Of a DNA stretch of 64,000 nucleotides, positions 47,301 through 55,700 are shown one piece after another (the first letter of the stretch is position 1; every line of letters starts with the position of its first letter). The stretch covers positions 13,206,001 to 13,270,000 of the forward strand of contig OZ059894.1 in NCBI GenBank assembly GCA_964057225.1, written 5' to 3'. Source of the stretch: Auanema rhodensis (taxonomy: Eukaryota; Animalia; Nematoda). The translations under genes and the position numbers were made by a program. The notes beneath the pieces are model-generated. The model saw only the letters and a list, made by a program, of their open reading frames with translations. It was not told where the DNA came from and did not search any database.

Positions 47301-47900
47301 TTAATAATGTTTTTAACAGTGAAGAAGTTATAATTTTAAATATTTTGGTACTCAAAAAATAAAACATGAAAATATTTTATATTTTATATTTTTCCAATTC
47401 ATTTTACTCTATTTTCTTCATTTAATTACGTATTTTGAAACAATCTCATATTTTTACAATAGTTTTGAAACAATTCATTCGTTCATTAAGATTTGAAACA
47501 TTAAAAACGATCTTAATTTGAATTTTCTGATACTAAGAAAATAAAACATGGAAATATTTTATAATTTTCCAATTCATTTTACTCCATTTTCTTCATTTAA
47601 TCACGTATTTTGAAACAATCTCAAATTTTTACAATAGTTTTGAAACAATTCATTCGTTCATTAAGATTTTAAACAGTGAAAAAAAAAAGTTTGAATATTT
47701 TGAAACTCAAGAAATAAAACAGGAAAATATTTTATAATTTTCCAATTCATTTTACTCCATTTTCTTCATTTAATCACGTATTTTGAAACAATCTCATATT
47801 TTTACAATAATTTCGAAACAAATCATCCAGTTAATAATGTTTTTAACAGTAAAAAAGATATAATTTTGAATATTTTGATACTCAAGAAATAAAACATGAA
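38400..47900. repeat. Higher-order repeat domain, 14-mer of 2458 bp (9+5 monomers; one 13-mer of 2285 bp)
   Basis: GGTACTC at 38568, 40146, 41026, 42604, 43484, 44889, 45769 and 47347 (spacings alternate 1578/880, once 1405). The private variant CATGTTACTC has its G at 38442, 40900, 43358 and 45643. Confidence 0.9.
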
Positions 47901-50181
47901 AATATTTTATAATTTTCCAATTCATTTTACTCCATTTTCTTCATTTAATCACGTATTTTGAAACAATCTCATATTTTTACAATAGTTTTGAAACAATTCA
48001 TTCGTTCATTGAGATTTGAAACATTAAAAACTATCTTAATTTGAATTTTCTGATACTAAAAAAATAAAACATGGAAATATTTTATAATTTTCCAATTCAT
48101 TTTACTCCATTTTCTTCATTTAATCACGTATTTTGAAACAATCTCATATTTTTACAATAGTTTTGAAACAATTCATTCGTTCATTAAGATTTGAAACATT
48201 AAAAACGATCTTAATTTGAATTTTCTGATACTAAGAAAATAAAACATGGAAATATTTTATAATTTTCCAATTCATTTTATTCCATTTTCTTCATTTAATC
48301 ACGTATTTTGAAACAATCTCAAATTTTTACAAAAGTTTTGAAACAATTCATTCGTTCTGTAAGATTTTAAACAGTGAAAAAAAAAAGTTTAAATATTTTG
48401 ATACTCAAGAAATAAAACATGAAAATATTTTATAATTTTCCAATTCATTTTACTCCATTTTCTTCATTTAATCACGTAGTTTGAAACAATCTCATATTTT
48501 TACAATAGTTTTGAAACAATTCATTCGTTCATTGAGATTTGAAACATTAAAAACGATCTTAATTTGAATTTTCTGATACTAAAAAAATGAAACATGGAAA
48601 TATTTTATAATTTTCCAATTCATTTTACTCCATTTTCTTCATTTAATCACGTATTTTGAAACAATCTCAAATTTTTACAATAGTTTTGAAACAATTCATT
48701 CGTTCATTAAGATTTTAAACAGTGAAAAAAAAAAGTTTGAATATTTTGATACTCAAGAAATAAAACATGAAAATATTTTATAATATTCCAATTCATTTTA
48801 CTCTATTTTCTTCATTTAATCACGTATTTTGAAACAATCTCGTATTTTTACAATAGTTTTGAAACAATTCATTCGTTCATTAAGATTTGAAACATTAAAA
48901 ACGATCTTAATTTGAATTTTCTGATACTAAGAAAATAAAACATGGAAATATTTTATAATTTTCCAATTCATTTTACTCCATTTTCTTCATTTAATCACGT
49001 ATTTTGAAACAATCTCAAATTTTTACAATAGTTTTGAAACAATTCATTCGTTCATTAAGATTTTAAACAGTGAAAAAAAAAAGTTTAAATATTTTGATAC
49101 TCAAGAAATAAAACATGAAAATATTTTATAATTTTCCAATTCATTTTACTCCATTTTCTTCATTTAATCACGTAGTTTGAAACAATCTCATATTTTTACA
49201 ATAGTTTTGAAACAATTCATTCGTTCATTGAGATTTGAAACATTAAAAACGATCTTAATTTGAATTTTCTGATACTAAAAAAATGAAACATGGAAATATT
49301 TTATAATTTTCCAATTCATTTTACTCCATTTTCTTCATTTAATCACGTATTTTGAAACAATCTCAAATTTTTACAATAGTTTTGAAACAATTCATTCGTT
49401 CATTAAGATTTTAAACAGTGAAAAAAAAAAGTTTGAATATTTTGATACTCAAGAAATAAAACATGAAAATATTTTATAATATTCCAATTCATTTTACTCT
49501 ATTTTCTTCATTTAATCACGTATTTTGAAACAATCTCGTATTTTTACAATAGATTTGAAACAATTCATTCGTTCATTAAGATTTGAAACATTAAAAACGA
49601 TCTTAATTTGAATTTTCTGATACTAAGAAAATAAAACATGGAAATATTTTATAATTTTCCAATTCATTTTACTCCATTTTCTTCATTTAATCACGTATTT
49701 TGAAACAATCTCAAATTTTTACAATAGTTTTGAAACAATTCATTCGTTCATTGAGATTTGAAACATTAAAAACGATCTTAATTTGAATTTTCTGATACTA
49801 AGAAAATAAAACATGGAAATATTTTATAATTTTCCAATTCATTTTACTCCATTTTCTTCATTTAATCACGTATTTTGAAACAATCTCAAATTTTTACAAT
49901 AGTTTTGAAACAATTCATTCGTTCATTAAGATTTTAAACAGTGAAAAAAAAAAGTTTGAATATTTTGAAACTCAAGAAATAAAACAGGAAAATATTTTAT
50001 AATTTTCCAATTCATTTTACTCCATTTTCTTCATTTAATCACGTATTTTGAAACAATCTCATATTTTTACAATAATTTCGAAACAAATCATCCAGTTAAT
50101 AATGTTTTTAACAGTAAAAAAGATATAATTTCGAATATTTTAATACTCAAGAAATAAAACATGAAAATATTTTATAATTTT

Positions 50182-50186
50182 CCAAT
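50182..50186 (+). repeat. Target-site duplication, left copy (CCAAT)
   Basis: TTTT-CCAAT|TGTGCG on the left and AAAACA|CCAAT-TCATTT on the right. Removing the element and one copy restores a normal monomer. Confidence 0.95.
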
Positions 50187-50261
50187 TGTGCGAACGCACT
50201 CCATCTTTCCCATACTCTTTTTGGACAACGATGCACTTTATTCCCACTATTTTATTCACCT

Positions 50262-50537
50262 ATGACTCATACGTGCCGCACACACACATGCAAGTTTATC
50301 CGATTACTCACCAGATGTTCCTTCCTTATTGTCTCTTAAACACATCTATCCATCTTAACCTTTTATGTTAATCTTGTTCTCTTATTGCCTATAGTCTATT
50401 TTAATCTTAAGAATTCGTTTAGCTTAATCAATAATCTTGTAAGTTGCAATCGAGGTCTAAATGGCTCATGACTCATTCGCCCACTCGCGCATCCTGCAAA
50501 ATCTGGGAGATGCCGCACAGGATAAGACATGACTCAT
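50262..50537. promoter_or_regulatory. Three AP-1/bZIP-type sites ATGACTCAT in U3 (50262, 50468, 50529; copies at 58627, 58833, 58894)
   Basis: Three exact 9-mers within 276 bp, each containing the TGACTCA core. Confidence 0.6.
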
Positions 50538-50768
50538 CTACACTTAGCCTGCCCCCACAACTTACAGCAGAAGGCACATTCAATCTGTGGCAAAATGCTG
50601 TATTCTCTCTATATTCTATTCTATTCTAATATTCAGCCCACGTATCTATTATTCCTAGATTATTTTATATTTCATTTATTATATATTATTTCGTATTCTT
50701 GTTGTAAATTATTTCTCTATTTCTTCATGCCATCATTAATATGTATTGTATATCGCCCGGTAGAATTC

Positions 50769-50777
50769 GTATATAAG
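50769..50777 (+). promoter_or_regulatory. LTR TATA box GTATATAAG (3' LTR copy at 59134-59142)
   Basis: Matches the extended nematode TATA consensus GTATAWWAG. It lies ~165 bp upstream of AATAAA, as expected for a U3-R-U5 layout. Confidence 0.7.
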
Positions 50778-51040
50778 CTCGCAGCTTTTCCCATTCTTGA
50801 CCTCTTGATCCAACGACCGCTCCAAGCGTCGTTCTGCTGTTGCTGCTGCTCCATATTACTTTGTATTCTTGCTTCGTATTGTGTTCATCTATTTTTCTAT
50901 TTTTTGTCACTGTTGTCTTTACCAGTTCTCTCTGAATAAATCGTTGTCCAAGTAACCTAGCGTTCTCGTTCTCTACACTTCAAATCCACTGAACCACCCA
51001 TGCCTGTTTTACGCTCTCCTACTTCAAAGGACTCCAGAGT

Positions 51041-52705
51041 TTGTTCAACCGACTCATCCACTCGGCTAACATACCGACAATCGAGAAATTTAACTACCTA
51101 CGTCAATCTCTTGTCGGTGAAGCAGCCGCTCAGCTCTCTTCGTTCCCAACGAACGAAGACTCCTATGACGCTGCCGTCTGCTTCCTCCATGATTTGTACG
51201 ATGACAACGACAACATCCTCCAACACCTAATGTTGGATTTCGTACAAATCCAACCACGCTCCACGAGCAACAGAGACCTTCTGTTCATGGCCGACAAGAT
51301 ATCCGGTATCTTTCGCCAAACAGAAACCAATTCACACGAAGCGCTAAACGCTCTTGCTATTGTACTTCTACACAGCAAGCTACCAGGCAGCATTATTCAA
51401 GAGCTCTACAAAACGCTCGACACAAGGCCCAGCATTGGAACACTAGTATCGACACTTCAAAGATACCTTCGCCAACAAAACAAGGTAAAAATCTTTGCTG
51501 CTGATCGATTTGAGAAACCCATCCAACGTCCAAACAGCTTCACAGGCCCAAGGCCCAACAACGTGTCGACACCTCAGCGCCCACGACCTGAGATGAGAAA
51601 AACAGCAGCAAAAACAACAAGCTGCATCTTCTGTCAGAAACCCCACGCTCCCTGGGACTGCGACACTCCGAAGACGAAGAAAGAACGTCAGACCATTCTG
51701 ACTCAAGAAAAACGCTGCCACAACTGTCTACGCAAGTCTCACAACACAGAGAACTGCCCCAGCAAACGCACATGCTCCAAGTGTGGCGAAAAACATTTGG
51801 AAGTCCTCTGCTACAGAAGAAAGAAGACTTCCAAAGTGAATATGTTAAGCAGCACTCCCATGGAAGATGATTACAACGAGGAAGAACACATCATTCAGTT
51901 CGCTACTCAACAACAGGACCAACAGTTTTACAACGCTCTACTCCCGGTAGGGACGATCAACATCTTCAAAGGGGATAAGACCGTTGCTGTGCCCGCTATA
52001 CTTGATAGCGGATCAGACACATCCTTCATCGAAGAAGACCTCGCTAAAGAGCTTCAGCTTACCGTAATCCAAACGAAGCGAGTAAAGATAAAAACCTTCG
52101 GAAACACAACCTCTATTGAGAAACTCAATAAAGTGGAAGCAAAGATCATCGGAACCAAGTCCGAAATCATTGCCAACTTATGGACAAAGAAGATTCTCAC
52201 AGGACCTATCAACACAGTCAGCTTCCAAAAAGCTACAAAGGCCAAGCCAAGCCTAGGACAAACTTCCAAGATTACTCCTAGAATCCTCATAGGATCGGAC
52301 CTTATGTGGCAAGCACTGACTTCCGTAGAGCAATTAAATCCAGACAACATAATCATCCACACACAATTTGGAGATTTCATCACCGGTCAAACAACTGACA
52401 AAAAGTCAATTAGTGCCTACTCCGTCATCACAGGAGAATCTTCAATACCAATTCAAAAATGGAACAAAAGTTTCATTGAAGAACACATGGAATTTACCGG
52501 CACAGAACAAGAGGAGAGAGAAGCAAGAGACAAATTGATCCTAGATCAATTCAACGCTTCCATCCAAAAGAAAGAAGATGGCTATTATGTTTCGTTCCCA
52601 TGGAAAGAAAACGCACACTTACTTCCGGACAACAGAGCACTTGCTTTGCTGGATTCACTACATCGCCCATCAGGCAGTGATAACGCCTCAAAAGGAAACG
52701 ACTAA
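51041..52705 (+). CDS. gag: Gag-protease part of the polyprotein; 5'-truncated and frameshifted near 52650 (disrupted)
   Basis: BEL Gag capsid-like block EKFNYLRQSLVGEA (DUF1759-like). Three knuckles CIFCQKPHAPWDC, CHNCLRKSHNTENC and CSKCGEKHLEVLC (51623-51811). Aspartic protease ILDSGSDTSFI (D at 52004) and ILIGSD. Pre-RT motif GYYVSFPWK...LPDN. The start is a TTG with an in-frame TGA at 50990 and no ATG between; the first in-frame ATG is 51230. Confidence 0.92.
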   Translation: MFNRLIHSANIPTIEKFNYLRQSLVGEAAAQLSSFPTNEDSYDAAVCFLHDLYDDNDNILQHLMLDFVQIQPRSTSNRDLLFMADKISGIFRQTETNSHEALNALAIVLLHSKLPGSIIQELYKTLDTRPSIGTLVSTLQRYLRQQNKVKIFAADRFEKPIQRPNSFTGPRPNNVSTPQRPRPEMRKTAAKTTSCIFCQKPHAPWDCDTPKTKKERQTILTQEKRCHNCLRKSHNTENCPSKRTCSKCGEKHLEVLCYRRKKTSKVNMLSSTPMEDDYNEEEHIIQFATQQQDQQFYNALLPVGTINIFKGDKTVAVPAILDSGSDTSFIEEDLAKELQLTVIQTKRVKIKTFGNTTSIEKLNKVEAKIIGTKSEIIANLWTKKILTGPINTVSFQKATKAKPSLGQTSKITPRILIGSDLMWQALTSVEQLNPDNIIIHTQFGDFITGQTTDKKSISAYSVITGESSIPIQKWNKSFIEEHMEFTGTEQEEREARDKLILDQFNASIQKKEDGYYVSFPWKENAHLLPDNRALALLDSLHRPSGSDNASKGND

Positions 52706-55700
52706 GCTTAGAATAGTCTACGATGCCTCCGGACATTACCAAAACAAGCCAAGCTTGAACGACGTCATTCACCAAGGCCCATTAATCCTTCCTTCTCTCA
52801 TAGGGATGATACTACGATTCAGATGCGGACCAATAGCAATGATTGCTGACGTTAAAAAAGCCTTTCTTCAAATCCGACTACACGAATCCGAAAGAGACGC
52901 GACACGATTCTTCTGGTTAAATGACATCAATCAACCAATCACACCAGAAAACATAAGGACACTTCGTTTTTGCCGAGTTCCGTTTGGCATCAACGCTTCT
53001 CCATTCCTACTCAGCGCAACTATACGCTATCATCTGATGCAAAGAAGTCACGAAAACTTTCTTGCCCATCAAATAAAGGAAAACCTCTACGTCGACAACT
53101 TACTCTTAGCATGTGATTCGAGCGAAAAGATATGTCTCTGGTATCAAGACATCAAAGACATATTCGCAGAAATGAATATGACACTCCAAGAGTTCATATC
53201 TAACGACGCTACCTTCAACAACAACCTCAGTATGGAAGAGAAAAACAGTTCAACAACACCCAAAGTATTGGGACTACCTTGGGACACCAAGACTGATCAA
53301 TGGATTATCGAGACGAAGATAACAGAAACAAAACCAACCAAAAGAGGCATAACTCAAGCTATAGCCTCAATCTTCGATCCTATGGGAATGATCTGCCCCA
53401 GCCTTCATCCACTCCGTCTGTTTTTACAATCACTGTGGACAGAAAACTTCGACTGGGACACAACACTTCCCCATGAGCTACAACAAAAATGGAAAGAATT
53501 GTCAGACAATTTTCACATGGTAAAAGCGATTCCTCGCTCACTACCATCAGACCCAACAAACTCATATCATCTGGTCACTTGCACAGATTCCAGCGGATCA
53601 GCGTTAGGATTTTGCGTCTACATCTTATCAGCATCAACTCGCAAACCCAGGCTCATGTTTGCAAAATCAAAGTTGCACTCCAAGAGTTCATCCATCACAA
53701 TCCCAAAAGCAGAAATCTCTGCTCTTACAATAGGAGTATCAAACACTCTGAAAATCGCCAAAGAAATCAGAGGCAACATCAAGATAGAAACTGCTACCTT
53801 TCTATCCGACTCTGAGATAGCACTTGCTTGGATCCGACAGAAACCAGACCAGAAAACAACTGGGGTCTTGGTACAAAACCGCATCAAAGAAATCAACGAA
53901 TGCGCAGAACAACTGGAAGATATGGAAATAAAGACCTTCTTTGGTTATATCAACACGAAGGATAATCCAGCCGACATCGCCACAAGAGGTTGTACCACAG
54001 CAGAGCTAAGCGACCATTACTGGTGGAATCCACAAGCTCAACTCGAACGAGCAATCAATGGTCCATTATTCACTCTTCCACAGAATGAAGTGAATGTTCA
54101 CATGACAACTACGGATGACGACCCAAACGAAGAACCATGGATATCAGACTGTTCCTCATGGACACAGGCACAAGAAAAATGGATAGCAACTCATTATCCA
54201 CTCACTGAAGCTCGTACACCTCAACATTATGAAGAAGCAGAACTAAATCTACTACACCTTCATCAAAGAAACTTGATGGTTCGTCTGACAGCAGCCCAAA
54301 GAAACGATCTCCGTCCACTCCTCAGAGATCACCTCTGGCACAGTAGAGGACGAATGGAAAACGCTGAGCTAGAGCAATCAGCTAAGCTTCCTATCATCAT
54401 CCTTCCCAAAACACCAACCGCACGACTCCTCATAGAGCACTTTCATGAAAAATTTCACAAAAGTACTGCTCATACCATGGCGGAAGTACGACAAAAATAC
54501 TGGATTCCTCAACTACGTTCCCAGACACAAGCAGTCATAAGAAAGTGCGCAAATTGTCAAAGGCTTAACAACCGGCCATTTACGTACCCTCCATCAGGAA
54601 ACGTACCATCCAGACGACTCCAACGAAGCCAACCCTTCAAACATGTAGGTCTCGACTACTTCGGACCCATCACAGTCAAAGACGGAAATACGAAAGTCTG
54701 GAGCTGCATCTACACCTGCACGGTGACAAGACTCATCCATCTTGAGGTGATTCACAACCTCACAACTACCGCATTTCTCAACTGTTTACGGAAAATCTGG
54801 GCACGACGTGGATGCCCATCGAGCATAACCTGCGACAACGCAAGCACCTTTGAGCTTGGTCAAAAGGTTGCAAACAAACTCTTCACTACAACAGACAGCG
54901 GAAATCAATACAAAATTCGCTGGCACAACATCACCCCCTATGCCCCATGGCAAGGCGGTTTTTACGAAAGACTTATTAGGTCCGTGAAGGAAGCTCTTTA
55001 CAAAACACTCCACAGTACTCCAACTACTGAAGAGCTCACAATAACCCTTGCAGAGTGTGAAGCTACAATAAACACACGTCCACTCACATACATCGGTACA
55101 GATACGAACAAAGATGAGATCATACGACCATGCGATTTCATCTATAAAGACATCGACTTGAACATCTCTGTCGAATCAGAAGAAGAAATGGATGAGGATT
55201 ACATTGACAGCCCAGCGCTACAAACTCAAGCTGATACAGAACGAGCCATTCACTCATCAAGGAAACGCACAAACAAGTTCTGGGAACTCTGGACAGACCT
55301 ATACCTGAAAGAGATCCGCGCTACACACCATCACAACATTTCAGTTAAGAAAGCGGGAACAAAGTTAACTCCATCCATTGGTCAAATCGTCCTAATCAAC
55401 GAGCTTCCTATTCCCCGTCACAAATGGAGTACAGGAAAAATAACTCAAGTTCACCCCGACAGATCAGGAAACATCAGAGAAGCAACGCTGATTTCGGAAA
55501 CAGGTCGAGAAATAAAAAGACCAGTCAACTTACTACACCCATTGGAAATCTCAGACAACGAGATCCCAGAAAAACTCAAGGACAACGCAACACCAGAAAA
55601 ACCTGTTCATGAAGAAAGAAGAACCAACTTACGTAACTTACCACGAGTATGGTACGGAGATACAACCAATACACTCCTCACTTTCTTCACAATACTTGCG

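Larger units (their letters stand above)
1..50186. repeat. AT-rich satellite DNA array (172-175 bp monomers, head-to-tail), left arm; runs off the window start
   Basis: The TAAAACATG anchor recurs at 121, 294, 467 and 639 (173, 173, 172 bp). Families: A (...TTTTAAACAGTG-A9/10-GTTTGAATAT, 172-173 bp), B (...TTTGAAACATTAAAAACGATCTTAATTTG, 175 bp), C (CATGTTTCTTGGAAC...TTCGAAAC...GTTAATAATG, 174-175 bp), plus A/C chimeras. No inversion was seen. Confidence 0.99.
50187..51037 (+). repeat. 5' LTR (851 bp; lacks the last 8 bp, TCAAAACA)
   Basis: Matches 58552-59402 except G50784 vs A59149. Identity ends at ...GGACTCCAG, after which gag coding sequence begins directly. Confidence 0.96.

Noticed and set aside
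1-50186. CRISPR array or primate alpha satellite
   Set aside because: There are no unique spacers or cas genes. The monomer size resembles alpha satellite, but the sequence is far more AT-rich, unlike it, and no CENP-B box was seen.
50529-50939. 136 aa hydrophobic, Cys-rich ORF in each LTR (also 58894-59304) and the 61 aa LTR ORFs
   Set aside because: The 136 aa ORF starts upstream of the TATA box and its composition follows from T-rich DNA and a TGC/TGT microrepeat. These ORFs appear twice only because the LTRs are duplicated.
51036-51040. 5' junction as a splicing product (CCA|GTCAAA donor) retro-copied into DNA
   Set aside because: The donor is weak, and an RNA lacking the PBS could not have produced the complete U5 present in the 3' LTR.
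52578-52705. Programmed gag-pol ribosomal frameshift
   Set aside because: No slippery heptamer at the switch, and a conserved block is missing, so a deletion explains it better.
54834-54968. Integrase D-to-E spacing of 44 codons rather than the canonical 35-residue spacer
   Set aside because: BEL/Pao integrases commonly have longer, variable spacing; it cannot be called abnormal without an alignment.
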